Shown here piece after piece: positions 38,223 through 48,043 of a stretch of 64,000 nucleotides of DNA. Each line of letters starts with the position of its first letter. Position 1 is the first letter of the stretch. Below the pieces are notes generated by a model. It was given only the letters and a program-made list of their open reading frames with translations, was not told the origin of the DNA and did not search any database. Position numbers and translations under genes: made by a program. Origin of the DNA: Rikenellaceae bacterium (GTDB lineage Bacteria; Bacteroidota; Bacteroidia; Bacteroidales; Rikenellaceae); contig JAWXTJ010000006.1 of the NCBI GenBank assembly GCA_044433665.1, positions 5,369 to 69,368 of the forward strand, written 5' to 3'.

Positions 38223-39095
38223 ATGTCATACAACTTACTAAAAGGTAAAAAAGGTCTTATTTTTGGAGCACTTAACGAGCAGTCTATTGCATGGAAAGTG
38301 GCTCAGAGAGCGGTTGAAGAGGGTGCAGAGATTGTGCTTACTAACACTGCCGTATCTATCCGTATGGGTACAATCAACGACCTAGCTAAGGAGTGTAACG
38401 CAATTGTCGTTGCTGCCGATGCAACAAACATCGAGGATTTGGAGAATCTTATAGACAAGACAATGGAGCACTTCGGAGGTAAATTTGATTTTATCCTTCA
38501 CTCAATTGGAATGTCTCCAAACGTGCGTAAAGGTCGCACCTATGATGATCTCGATTACGATTTCTTGTCAAAAACCTTAGATATTTCAGCTGTGTCATTC
38601 CACAAAGCTATTCAAGTAGCTCGCAAGAAAGATGCAATCAATGATTGGGGTTCTATCGTTGCTCTAAGCTATATCGCTGCGCAACGCACACTTTATGGTT
38701 ACAACGATATGGCCGATGCAAAGGCTCTATTGGAGTCTATCGCACGTAGCTTTGGATATATCTATGGTCGTGAGAAGAACGTACGTATCAACACCGTTTC
38801 ACAATCGCCAACCCCAACTACAGCTGGTAGCGGTGTTCTTGGATTGGGTGATTTGATGGAGTTCTCTGAGAGCATGTCTCCACTAGGCAACGCTTCGGCT
38901 GAGGATTGTGCAGATTATGTTATCACACTCTTCTCGGATCTTACACGCAAGGTAACAATGCAGAATCTATTCCACGATGGAGGTTTCTCGTCGATTGGTA
39001 TGACTCGTCGTGCAATGAAAACTTACGAAAAAGGTCTTCGTTTCGATGATGTTCACTCAAATCAATATCCATTTGGAAAGAACGAGGAGGAGTAA
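38223..39095 (+). CDS. fabI: Enoyl-[acyl-carrier-protein] reductase (NADH), FabI
   Basis: MSYNLLKGKKGLIFGALNEQSIAWKVA N-terminus, and SDR-type Tyr/Lys residues in ...LSYIAAQR...YNDMADAKALLE. Confidence 0.9.
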   Translation: MSYNLLKGKKGLIFGALNEQSIAWKVAQRAVEEGAEIVLTNTAVSIRMGTINDLAKECNAIVVAADATNIEDLENLIDKTMEHFGGKFDFILHSIGMSPNVRKGRTYDDLDYDFLSKTLDISAVSFHKAIQVARKKDAINDWGSIVALSYIAAQRTLYGYNDMADAKALLESIARSFGYIYGREKNVRINTVSQSPTPTTAGSGVLGLGDLMEFSESMSPLGNASAEDCADYVITLFSDLTRKVTMQNLFHDGGFSSIGMTRRAMKTYEKGLRFDDVHSNQYPFGKNEEE

Positions 39096-39149
39096 CGCAC
39101 CATCATTAGCGTGAGAATGTGGTCAAATATAGATTGATCGACATTATTC

Positions 39150-39200
39150 AAAAAATCGAGCTATTCAAAATTATGATTTTGAATAGCTCGGTTTTTTTTT
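39150..39200. terminator. Strong bidirectional rho-independent terminator
   Basis: A-run, then a 14-bp stem cgagctattcaaaa / ttttgaatagctcg, then a 9-nt T-run. Confidence 0.8.
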
Positions 39201-39226
39201 ATAAGTATGACAATAATTGTTTTACA

Positions 39227-39853
39227 CTACTTTACCTCTTCTGCAAAGATTTTGTCGAAGCGCTCACGAAGCTCTTTTGGGTTTGCTATTACTTTGCGTA
39301 ATTGAGCTAGGCGTTCGGCATTGTTTGAGTGGGGGATGTATAATTTTAGGTAGCCACCTTCTGCGTATTTGGTTTCGAGGTGCTCTTTGAATCTTTCGAA
39401 GTGTTGCTCTATTGTAGCCTCGGGATTCTGTTTTAATCCATATTGAACTGTGCGGCGGAGGGTAATTTCGGTTGAGATTACTCGATCGGCTTCGGCTACA
39501 ATGCGTCCGTAAAGAGACCTTGGTTCACTCTTTGATGATGCTCTGTGATCCTCTATCGCTTCGCATATTGTTTGGATTTGTTGCTCGGTAAAGAGTTTTG
39601 TGATAAATGGGTCGGCTCGGAGGATTTCAGCTGAGACTATGTGGTGGCGTTCTCTGCTCTCTCGAAGTCCTGTATCGTGAAATGCAGCGATGATATAGAC
39701 CATTTCTGGATTTAACTCTTTGTAATAGGTTGCAAGTGTGGCGCTCTCTTGGATTACTGTCTCTGCATGATCTATATTATGCGCTTTGTCGAATGTTGCG
39801 TATAGAGGTATTATATTCTGCTCTATATATTCAATGATCTCTTTTCTAATCAT
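39227..39853 (-). CDS. HD domain phosphohydrolase
   Basis: 208 aa with H...HD motifs (AHNIDHAE, AAFHDTG). Confidence 0.7.
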   Translation of the reverse strand: MIRKEIIEYIEQNIIPLYATFDKAHNIDHAETVIQESATLATYYKELNPEMVYIIAAFHDTGLRESRERHHIVSAEILRADPFITKLFTEQQIQTICEAIEDHRASSKSEPRSLYGRIVAEADRVISTEITLRRTVQYGLKQNPEATIEQHFERFKEHLETKYAEGGYLKLYIPHSNNAERLAQLRKVIANPKELRERFDKIFAEEVK

Positions 39854-39865
39854 TTTTTTATTGAG

Positions 39866-40381
39866 TTAAAGTGTAAGCAATACTTCGCAGAGTGCTTCGC
39901 ATGCTTTGTCGACTTGCCATAGTGGAAATGGGTCACCTACTTTGTTTGATATTGCACGAATTTGAAGATGTTCAATATTTGCTTTTGCGCATATTGCCAT
40001 AAAGGCTGCTCCCTCCATATTTTCGATTTTGACTGAGGTCTTGCTTTCGTTTTGTTGGTTGACTGTGTTTGAATCGACGGTGCGCAGTGTGGTTTGTGCT
40101 TTGGTTTTATATTTTGTGGCAAAGCGGGGTGGGATGGCTGAGATCTCTTCGCTTATAACCTCGACAACTTCGCATAAGGCAACATCTTCAAGTGAGTAGC
40201 TTCCCGCTATGCCTGCAAGGATGAGTTTTTGAGGGTTATTTTGTTGTTTCATTTTAGCGATCACCTCGGCTGTGGTCGCTGCGCACTCTGCCATTCCCAC
40301 ACCACAGATGATAATTGTGGCGTGGGGTGCAGCGTCTCTAAATTTTTGAGCTTCTAGCTCGGTTGCAAAAAGGAATATCAT
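39866..40381 (-). CDS. Nucleoside phosphorylase-superfamily protein, futalosine hydrolase-like (tentative)
   Basis: 171 aa; the CGVGMAECAATTAE and LILAGIAGSY motifs resemble the MTA/SAH nucleosidase / MqnB family. Confidence 0.45.
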   Translation of the reverse strand: MIFLFATELEAQKFRDAAPHATIIICGVGMAECAATTAEVIAKMKQQNNPQKLILAGIAGSYSLEDVALCEVVEVISEEISAIPPRFATKYKTKAQTTLRTVDSNTVNQQNESKTSVKIENMEGAAFMAICAKANIEHLQIRAISNKVGDPFPLWQVDKACEALCEVLLTL

Positions 40382-40396
40382 TAATTTGCTTTATGG

Positions 40397-41785
40397 CTAT
40401 TTACTCATAAATGCCTCAATATCCTCAACTGAAGTTGGGATATGTTTGTCTCCCATAACTTCGTTACCCGATTCGGTGATGATTAGATCATCCTCAATGC
40501 GGATACCTCCAAAGTTACGTAACTCCTCTAATTTGTCGTAATTTACAATATCTGTGTAGAGTCCATTTGCACGTGATTGGTCGATAAGAGCAGGGATAAA
40601 GTAGATTCCAGGTTCGTCGGTAATCACTGCGCCAGCTCGAAGTTGCCAATCTTTGCGGTAGATGCAGGTTCCAGAGGCAGAAGCACGCTCGGCAAACTCT
40701 GAGAAGTCGAAGCTACGCTCTCCAAATCCCTCGCAATCGTGAACATCAAGACCAAGACCGTGACCCAAACCATGAGGCATAAAGAGAGTCATCGCCTTAG
40801 ATTCGATAATTTGGTCGATTGAGCCATTGATAAGGCCAATATCTTTAAGTCCCTCGGCCATAATACGGAATGCCGCTGTGTGAAGATCAGCATATGGCAT
40901 TGGGCGAGCTATATCAATAACATGATCGTGTGCCGCCAAAACAATATTGTATATATCTCGCTGCAATGGGGTGAATTTTCCGCTAACTGGATATGTGCGG
41001 GTGTGATCCGAGCAATAACCATCAAGATTCTCGCCACCAGCATCGCAGAGGAATAGGCGACCATTTTCCAAAATTCCATCTTGATTGATATTGTGAAGAG
41101 TCTCTCCATGTTGTGTGCAGATAGATTGGAATGCAACACCCTGCCCCATACTGCGTACAACACCCTCTAAGGCTCCTGCAATTTCACGTTCGCATAATCC
41201 CTCACGACACATGCCCATTGCTGTGGTGTGCATTTTGTAGCCAATTTGGAAAGCATCTTGCATTGAGGCAATCTCTTCGGCTGATTTTACCTCACGCATT
41301 TCAGCCACGGCAAAGATCATATCGAGGGATTTGTAGGTGTGAAGCATTGAGGGAGCTATTCCCAAAAGATCTGAGAGTTGCAGTTTGTTTTCACCACGAT
41401 AGGGTGGTAGGTAGTGCACTCTGCGACCTGCACGAACAGCCTTTGCAATGCACTCCTTAAGTTCGCTCATTGGAGCTGTTTTCTCGATTCCGACCGTTGC
41501 ACCTAGCTCCTTGAGTGTAGGTTGAGGACCAGTCCAGATAATATCATCGACCGTATAGTCGTCACCGAATAACATGTCGCAACCCGCCTCAACGTCGATC
41601 ACCGCAAAAAGTGAAGGGATATTGAGCCCGAAGAAGTAACGTAAAGTTGAATCTTGACGGAAATAGTATGCGTTATTTGGGTAGCTATTTGGAACTAGCA
41701 TATTTCCTGGAATTAGGATCAAACCACTGCCAATCTTTGCACGAAGTGTAGCACGACGCTCCACGAAACTTTTCATTGAAATCAT
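40397..41785 (-). CDS. Xaa-Pro aminopeptidase (M24B)
   Basis: 462 aa with metal ligand motifs DAGGE..YCSDHTRT, HGLGHGLGLDVHD and IRIEDD. Confidence 0.8.
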   Translation of the reverse strand: MISMKSFVERRATLRAKIGSGLILIPGNMLVPNSYPNNAYYFRQDSTLRYFFGLNIPSLFAVIDVEAGCDMLFGDDYTVDDIIWTGPQPTLKELGATVGIEKTAPMSELKECIAKAVRAGRRVHYLPPYRGENKLQLSDLLGIAPSMLHTYKSLDMIFAVAEMREVKSAEEIASMQDAFQIGYKMHTTAMGMCREGLCEREIAGALEGVVRSMGQGVAFQSICTQHGETLHNINQDGILENGRLFLCDAGGENLDGYCSDHTRTYPVSGKFTPLQRDIYNIVLAAHDHVIDIARPMPYADLHTAAFRIMAEGLKDIGLINGSIDQIIESKAMTLFMPHGLGHGLGLDVHDCEGFGERSFDFSEFAERASASGTCIYRKDWQLRAGAVITDEPGIYFIPALIDQSRANGLYTDIVNYDKLEELRNFGGIRIEDDLIITESGNEVMGDKHIPTSVEDIEAFMSK

Positions 41786-42022
41786 AATCTGTAAGTTTTT
41801 TTTGTTCTCTATTTATTAGAGGATTTATCTCTATTTATGCAAAGTTACATATTATTTTTTAATTTATGGCTCTGTTTTGCGCTAAAGTGAAGATGATATT
41901 TTTGTTGGAAATGAAAAAAATATGCTTTGTAATAAATTCAGATTATTTTGTTAACTTTGTGGTCGGTGAGGCTCTTCTTAAAAGAGATATTTGACTCTTT
42001 CTAATTCAAAAATAATAGCGTA

Positions 42023-42748
42023 ATGAAAAAAATCTTATCTTCTCTGTTTGTAATTATTTCGGTTTTAACTCTTTATTCATGTGGTTCGAGTGGTGATGTG
42101 GAGAGTGTTGTGACACTCGAAACATCTATGGGCGTAATTTCGGTGAAGCTCTATAATGACACACCTCTGCACAAGGCAAATTTTGAGAAAATGGTTAGCG
42201 AGGGTGTTTATGATGGTATGCTATTTCATCGTGTAATTGATAATTTTATGATTCAAGCGGGTGACCCAACATCTAAGGGGGCTGCCCCAGATGTTATGCT
42301 TGGTGAAGATTCATTTGGTGAGGATGTGGATAATGAGATCTCAAGTAACCATTTTCATAAAAAGGGAGTTTTGGCCGCTGCACGTGAGGGTAATGGTGTG
42401 AACCCTGAAAGAAAGTCGAGTGGATCACATTTTTATATTGCTAGAGGGCGAATCTTTGAGCAAGAGGAGTTAATGCAGTTTGTCGTAGAGGTGAATGAAA
42501 AACGACATAAAGCATTTTTAGAGTCAGAAGATCCAAAGGCTACAGAGGTGCCTTTAACACTTTCAGCGGAGCAGATTGAGGCATATACAACCGTTGGCGG
42601 TATTCCACATTTGGATGGTGAGTATACAATTTTTGGTGAAGTTGTCGAGGGGTTAGAGGTGTTAGATAAGATCATTGTTGTTGATACCGATGATCGTGAT
42701 CGGCCTGTTGAGGATGTGATAATTAAAAAAGCAACAATTATTCGATAA
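42023..42748 (+). CDS. Cyclophilin-type peptidylprolyl isomerase lipoprotein
   Basis: Lipobox LYSC, and the FHRVIDNFMIQAGDP and GEYTIFGEVVEG motifs. Confidence 0.85.
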   Translation: MKKILSSLFVIISVLTLYSCGSSGDVESVVTLETSMGVISVKLYNDTPLHKANFEKMVSEGVYDGMLFHRVIDNFMIQAGDPTSKGAAPDVMLGEDSFGEDVDNEISSNHFHKKGVLAAAREGNGVNPERKSSGSHFYIARGRIFEQEELMQFVVEVNEKRHKAFLESEDPKATEVPLTLSAEQIEAYTTVGGIPHLDGEYTIFGEVVEGLEVLDKIIVVDTDDRDRPVEDVIIKKATIIR

Positions 42749-42830
42749 AATGTAAGGAGTGATTTATTAAAAAAAATAGATTACTCTTTTTTTTGCGCAA
42801 AACAATATTGTCGTTTAGATTATTTATGCT

Positions 42831-42838
42831 TACCTTTG
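42831..42838 (+). promoter_or_regulatory. -7 box (TAccTTTG) for the polyferredoxin-AKR-tatAC unit
   Basis: Exact TAnnTTTG match 32 nt upstream of the ATG at 42871. It lies inside the longer TTG-initiated ORF call. Confidence 0.5.
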
Positions 42839-42870
42839 CCCATGGCGTTGGATACTATAAACAAATAAAA

Positions 42871-44358
42871 ATGAATAAACTTAGACGATTACGAACTATT
42901 GGTGGCTCGCTATTCTTGATTGCGGCTACTCTGCTCTTCTTGGACTTCACGGGAGCTATTCACAATTGGCTTGGCTGGGTGGCTAAAGTTCAATTTTTGC
43001 CTGCTCTATTTGCGGCGCATATCGCTGTTATTATTGTACTTTTGTGCTTGACCTTTCTTTTTGGACGACTCTACTGTTCGGTGATCTGTCCTATGGGTCT
43101 ATTTCAAGATGCAGTCTCTCGATTTGCTTCACTGACAAATAAGAAGCGTAAATTTAGCTACTCACCTGCGAAGAATCTGCTTCGTTACACTTTGTTGGCG
43201 CTCTTTATTGTAGCATTTTTTGTTGGCATTGGGTCGATTGTAGCTCTTTTGGATCCTTATGGAGCGTTTGGACGTATGATCTCCGCTCTTTTTGCTCCGC
43301 TTTATCAGTTGGGTAACAATCTGTTGGCAGGCATGGCTGAGCGTATGGATAGCTACGCATTTTACTCTGTGGAGGTGATTTTGATGTCGGCAGGTGTTAT
43401 TGCTGTTGCTGCTATCACTTTCTTGGCAATTGGTACGCTCGCTTGGCGTGGTGGTCGTACATATTGCAATACTATCTGTCCTGTAGGTACTCTGTTGGGG
43501 TTTGTTTCTAAATATTCGATTTTTAAAATTACTGTCGATGAGTCGAAGTGTAATGGGTGTCGTAAATGTGTTAGAAGTTGTAAATCGGCTTGTATCACCC
43601 CTGAGGATCGAAAAATTGATTATAGTCGTTGCGTGCTCTGTTTCGATTGTATTGATAGCTGTAATCAAGGTGCAATAAGTTATACTCGTCGCAAGAGTGA
43701 GAGTAAATCGGAGGTTAAGGCAACCGATAAATCAAAACGTGATATGTTGGCTGTGTCGTCAGCACTTTTAGTCACTACAGCGCTTAAAGCCGAGGAGAAA
43801 CTCTTCGATGGTGGAGTTGCTTTAATTGATGGAAAGAGCGTTGTTAAGCGTAATACTCCAATTGTTCCTCCAGGTTCAAAAAGTTTGAAAAACTTTGCGC
43901 AAAAATGCGTTGGTTGTCAGCTTTGTGTTACTGTTTGTCCAAATGATGTTCTTCGTGCGTCAACCTCACTTAAAAATTTTATGCAGCCTGAGGCTTCATA
44001 CGAGAGAGGTTTTTGTCGTCCAGAGTGTAATAAATGCTCTGAGGTGTGTCCAGCAGGAGCAATCTCTCCAATTGACTTGGCAACAAAATCATCAACAAAG
44101 ATTGGTTGCGCAACATTCGTTCGAGAGAATTGTGTGATTTTGACCGATGGCGTTCAATGCGAGGGTTGTGCAACTCACTGCCCAACGGGAGCTATTATGT
44201 TGGTTGAGGCTACCGATAAGGAGAAATATGGAGATCTTAAAATCCCAACTGTCGATCCATCTCGTTGCATCGGCTGTGGAGCATGCGAAAATCTCTGTCC
44301 AGCACGTCCATTTAGTGCGGTATATGTTGAGGGAGTTCAGAAACATTTAACAATTTAA
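42871..44358 (+). CDS. Membrane-bound polyferredoxin (NapH/MauN-like N-terminus plus multiple 4Fe-4S motifs)
   Basis: Several TM helices with CxxxCP motifs (CSVICPMG, CNTICPVG), followed by five or more CxxCxxCxxxCP-type clusters. Confidence 0.7.
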   Translation: MNKLRRLRTIGGSLFLIAATLLFLDFTGAIHNWLGWVAKVQFLPALFAAHIAVIIVLLCLTFLFGRLYCSVICPMGLFQDAVSRFASLTNKKRKFSYSPAKNLLRYTLLALFIVAFFVGIGSIVALLDPYGAFGRMISALFAPLYQLGNNLLAGMAERMDSYAFYSVEVILMSAGVIAVAAITFLAIGTLAWRGGRTYCNTICPVGTLLGFVSKYSIFKITVDESKCNGCRKCVRSCKSACITPEDRKIDYSRCVLCFDCIDSCNQGAISYTRRKSESKSEVKATDKSKRDMLAVSSALLVTTALKAEEKLFDGGVALIDGKSVVKRNTPIVPPGSKSLKNFAQKCVGCQLCVTVCPNDVLRASTSLKNFMQPEASYERGFCRPECNKCSEVCPAGAISPIDLATKSSTKIGCATFVRENCVILTDGVQCEGCATHCPTGAIMLVEATDKEKYGDLKIPTVDPSRCIGCGACENLCPARPFSAVYVEGVQKHLTI

Positions 44359-44369
44359 TTAAGGTAGCT

Positions 44370-45761
44370 ATGTCAGGAATAAAGAAAAATATAGATCGTC
44401 GCGATTTTCTTAAATTTTTGGGTGGTGCGGCTGCCCTAACAACACTCTCTAGCTGCTCTTCGGGGGGTGAATCAACCTCAGAGAAGAGTGGTAAGTCTAG
44501 CGGTAAGAAGAGCTTGAATGGTAAAATCGAGATGCGTGAATCGGCAAATGGAGATCAAGTAGGTCTACTAGGTTACGGATGTATGCGTTGGCCACTCCTC
44601 GATACTCCCGCAGCTGATGGCAATGTAATCGACCAAGAGGCGGTAAACGATCTTGTTGATTATGCTTTGGAGCATGGTGTGAACTATTTCGATACAGCTC
44701 CAGTATACCTTCAAGGCTGGTCGGAGTATACAATGGGTGTGGCATTGAGCCGTCATCCTCGTGAGAGCTACCGTATAGCAACAAAAATTTCGAACTTCAA
44801 TGCTTCAACTTGGAGCAAGGAGGGGTCGATAGCGATGTATAAAAACTCATTCGAGAAACTTAAGGTCGATTATGTCGATTACCTGCTTCTGCACTCTGTG
44901 GGTGGCGGAAATTGGGAGCGTTTCAAGACTCGATATATTGATAATGGAATCTTAGATTTTGCAATCGAGGAGCGTGAGGCTGGTCGTGTTCGCAATATCG
45001 GTTTCTCATTCCATGGAGATGTTACAGTCTTTGATTACCTGCTCTCTCGGCACGATGAGATCAAATGGGATTTTGTGCAAATCCAGCTCAATTATGTCGA
45101 TTGGAAATATGCAGATCCAACACGCAATATCAACGCAGAGTATCTATATACTGAGTTGGAAAAGCGAGGAATTGCCGTTGTTGTTATGGAACCGCTTTTG
45201 GGAGGCCGACTAGCTACACTTCCAGAGCACCTTTCAAAGAGATTACTCGCTGAGCGTCCTGATGAGTCGATTGCTTCGTGGGCATTTAGATATGCAGCGA
45301 CACATAAAAATGTACTTACGGTGCTTAGTGGAATGACCTATTTGGAACACCTCCAAGATAATATCGGAACGTATAGTGATTTTGAACCAATCACCGAGGA
45401 GGAGAATAAACTACTGATGGATACTGCAAAAATGCTTATGGAGTATCCGATGATCTCATGTACCGCATGTCAATATTGTATGCCATGTCCTTATGGAATC
45501 GACATTCCAAAGACATTCAGTCATTATAATAAATGTATCAACGAGGGTAACTACCCTTTGAGCACACAAGATGAGAACTATGCAGCTCAGCGTCGAGCAT
45601 TCCTTATTGGCTACGACCGTTCAGTGCCAAAACTTCGTCAAGCGGATCACTGCATTGGTTGCAAGAAATGTGTAGATCATTGTCCTCAGTCGATCGACAT
45701 TCCCTCAGAGATGAAGCGAGTAAATAAATATGTTGAATCGTTGAAGCAGAATAAATTTTAA
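44370..45761 (+). CDS. Tat-signal lipoprotein aldo/keto reductase with a C-terminal 2x[4Fe-4S] ferredoxin domain
   Basis: Twin-arginine motif DRRDFLKF, followed by the hydrophobic stretch and lipobox LSSC. AKR motifs GVNYFDTAPVY. C-terminal CTACQYCMPCP and CIGCKKCVDHCP. Confidence 0.8.
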   Translation: MSGIKKNIDRRDFLKFLGGAAALTTLSSCSSGGESTSEKSGKSSGKKSLNGKIEMRESANGDQVGLLGYGCMRWPLLDTPAADGNVIDQEAVNDLVDYALEHGVNYFDTAPVYLQGWSEYTMGVALSRHPRESYRIATKISNFNASTWSKEGSIAMYKNSFEKLKVDYVDYLLLHSVGGGNWERFKTRYIDNGILDFAIEEREAGRVRNIGFSFHGDVTVFDYLLSRHDEIKWDFVQIQLNYVDWKYADPTRNINAEYLYTELEKRGIAVVVMEPLLGGRLATLPEHLSKRLLAERPDESIASWAFRYAATHKNVLTVLSGMTYLEHLQDNIGTYSDFEPITEEENKLLMDTAKMLMEYPMISCTACQYCMPCPYGIDIPKTFSHYNKCINEGNYPLSTQDENYAAQRRAFLIGYDRSVPKLRQADHCIGCKKCVDHCPQSIDIPSEMKRVNKYVESLKQNKF

Positions 45762-45771
45762 GGGCGAAAAT

Positions 45772-45798
45772 ATAGAAGAGAATTAATTTCTCTTCTAT
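45772..45798 (+). terminator. 11-bp hairpin between the AKR gene and tatA (possible attenuator; no U-tract)
   Basis: atagaagagaa-ttaat-ttctcttctat. Confidence 0.35.
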
Positions 45799-45836
45799 TG
45801 ACCCCCTTGTTTTAAAATATAGAAAAAGAAATAATT

Positions 45837-46055
45837 ATGTTGCCACTTTTTATCGCAGGTTTGCGACTTCCCGAGATTTTATTTATAATTTTAATCGTAT
45901 TGTTGCTCTTCGGAGGCAAGAAGATTCCAGAGTTAATGCGAGGAATCGGTGAGGGAATACGTAGTTTTAAGGAGGGAGTAAACGATATTTCGAAAGAGGC
46001 ATCAAGCACCTCAACAACAAAATCAGAGGATAAAAGCAAAAGCGAAGAAGAGTAG
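45837..46055 (+). CDS. tatA: Twin-arginine translocase subunit TatA/E
   Basis: 72 aa; TM helix followed by [23 protein letters not shown]. Confidence 0.85.
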   Translation: MLPLFIAGLRLPEILFIILIVLLLFGGKKIPELMRGIGEGIRSFKEGVNDISKEASSTSTTKSEDKSKSEEE

Positions 46056-46873
46056 TGTCAAGTAACACCGCAACAACCTTTTGGGATCATCTCGACGAGC
46101 TCCGCAGTGTGTTAATTCGCATTGCGGTAGTTGTCGTTGTGGCAGGAGGTGTAGCATTCTCATTTAAGGATCAACTCTTTTCGATAGTCTTTGCAGCTCG
46201 CAATAGTGATTTTATTACTTATCGAGTATTCGACAAAATAAGCGTGCTGATAAATCAACTTCTAAGCGGTGAAGCAAGCTCTGTTGCAGTGCAAAATATA
46301 GGTGTTGAAAACTTCTCGATAGAGCTGATAAACACTCAACTAACTCAGCAATTTACCACACATATTTCGATTGCAATGTGGGCTGGTGTGTTGGTGGTTT
46401 TTCCATATATTTTATTTGAGATTTTCCGTTTTATTTCACCTGCGTTATATTCTAATGAGCGTCGATATACCTCATGGGTTGTAGGTTGTGGATATATAAT
46501 GTTTATCTTGGGCGTTGCACTGAGTTACTTTCTTATTTTCCCGCTTACATTTCGTTTTTTAGCTACCTATCAAGTAAGCAGCAGTGTTGCAAACATGATT
46601 GCAATGGAGTCATATATCGGCACATTAATAACACTGAGTTTAATGATGGGTGTAGTTTTCGAAATGCCAATTTTATGTTGGTTATTTGCAAAATTAGGCT
46701 TTTTGACAGCCGATTTTATGCGTCGTTATCGTCGCTATGCAATAGTTATTTTGCTTCTGATTTCAGCAATAATCACCCCAACGGCAGATATTGTCACGAT
46801 GCTTTTGGTTGCAATGCCAATGTATATGCTTTATGAATTGAGTATTTTGATCGTTGCTTTGGCACGAAGATAA
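46055..46873 (+). CDS. tatC: Twin-arginine translocase subunit TatC
   Basis: 272 aa; FWDHLDELR N-terminus and six TM segments. GTG start overlaps the tatA stop by 1 nt. Confidence 0.9.
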   Translation: MSSNTATTFWDHLDELRSVLIRIAVVVVVAGGVAFSFKDQLFSIVFAARNSDFITYRVFDKISVLINQLLSGEASSVAVQNIGVENFSIELINTQLTQQFTTHISIAMWAGVLVVFPYILFEIFRFISPALYSNERRYTSWVVGCGYIMFILGVALSYFLIFPLTFRFLATYQVSSSVANMIAMESYIGTLITLSLMMGVVFEMPILCWLFAKLGFLTADFMRRYRRYAIVILLLISAIITPTADIVTMLLVAMPMYMLYELSILIVALARR

Positions 46874-46876
46874 TAG

Positions 46877-48043
46877 TTATTTCTTCCGTTGCAGTCGGTC
46901 AACAAGCCAGTAGGGTAGGAGGCTACAAATAGCTCTTTTTATTGTGATCTCTATTTGTCTGCTTATTGGGACGTAGACCAAACGTTGGAGCTCTCCGATC
47001 ATATCTGTGTCGATCGCTGTAAAGAATTTTTCTCTGGATACTGGTGTCGGTGTCGAGTTGTTCGCTGAGGGGTTCCATTGGATGGCGGTGGGGTAGTCTA
47101 CCTCTATTGTGTTTAATTTTATCTTTTGAATGGTTTCAACTCCTTTGGGAGTATTAACTATCAACAAGTTTACACCTTTATTATCATTGAATTTCGGTGC
47201 AACTCTTTCTATCCCCCAAAAATCACCTAATGTAATGTCGCTACCGCTTTTCCCAGATTTCGCTGGACAGTGGTGACATGCAGGACGTAGAAATAGATCG
47301 TTGAAGAAACCTTGCATAAAAAGATTTTGGGTCGCTTTTTGGTCTATTATCGTTTTATTGTTTGCAACGATTGAGATATTATAATCGTTCCAACTTCGTT
47401 TTTTGTCTCGAAAATTGATTGCGCTAATTGTTGATGTGTCAGCTATATTGTTCAAATATTGTCGCCAAACTTTTGGGCTCGGTGTACCGTGACATATAAA
47501 ATCTATAGTTGTTAATTTTGTATCGTCGGAGCCAATATGAAGTCTAAGTGCCGCAATTTGACAAGGTGTGCCGCAAAAAAGCACCTCTCTATTCTTTTTT
47601 AGATATGCTTTTACTTCATTAAATGTATCTCCAATTCGACTTTGTGAATATTTTGAACCTCGCAGGGCTGCAAGCTCTTCAATATTGCTCGCCCCAATGT
47701 GAACAACCTCCCATTGAGAGTTAAACTTTGCACCAAAGACAACGCCTCCATTTTGGATGGTGTTTTGAGCAAGAGAGGTGAAAAGTCCACCCGATGTGCT
47801 TTGTTTGCGGATCTGTTCATCTATGTTGCGTGCTGCATATACCTTTATTGGCTCATGACTCTCGGATTGATTTATAACAGGACACACTTTTTCGCATAGG
47901 CCGCAGTCGATGCAGCTTTTAATCTCTACGCTTGGATAGATGAAACCCTCATTATCTTCACGCATGGAAATGCAATTTGTCGGGCAACTTTGCGCACATG
48001 CTTCACATCCGCAACAATCTTTTTTATGCTCAATTTTTATCAT
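46877..48043 (-). CDS. FrhB-family (coenzyme F420 hydrogenase/dehydrogenase beta-like) Fe-S protein typical of polysaccharide loci
   Basis: N-terminal CCGCEACAQSCP and CIDCGLCEKVCP clusters plus an FrhB-like body. Overlaps the wzx-like gene by 4 nt. Confidence 0.65.
   Translation of the reverse strand: MIKIEHKKDCCGCEACAQSCPTNCISMREDNEGFIYPSVEIKSCIDCGLCEKVCPVINQSESHEPIKVYAARNIDEQIRKQSTSGGLFTSLAQNTIQNGGVVFGAKFNSQWEVVHIGASNIEELAALRGSKYSQSRIGDTFNEVKAYLKKNREVLFCGTPCQIAALRLHIGSDDTKLTTIDFICHGTPSPKVWRQYLNNIADTSTISAINFRDKKRSWNDYNISIVANNKTIIDQKATQNLFMQGFFNDLFLRPACHHCPAKSGKSGSDITLGDFWGIERVAPKFNDNKGVNLLIVNTPKGVETIQKIKLNTIEVDYPTAIQWNPSANNSTPTPVSREKFFTAIDTDMIGELQRLVYVPISRQIEITIKRAICSLLPYWLVDRLQRKK

Noticed and set aside
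39227-40381. HD-domain protein plus nucleosidase-like protein considered as a possible nucleotide-depleting defence pair
   Set aside because: Both are small single-domain proteins with housekeeping-type motifs (YedJ-like HD; MTA/SAH nucleosidase or futalosine hydrolase-like). There are no sensor, NTPase or effector partners and no mobile context.
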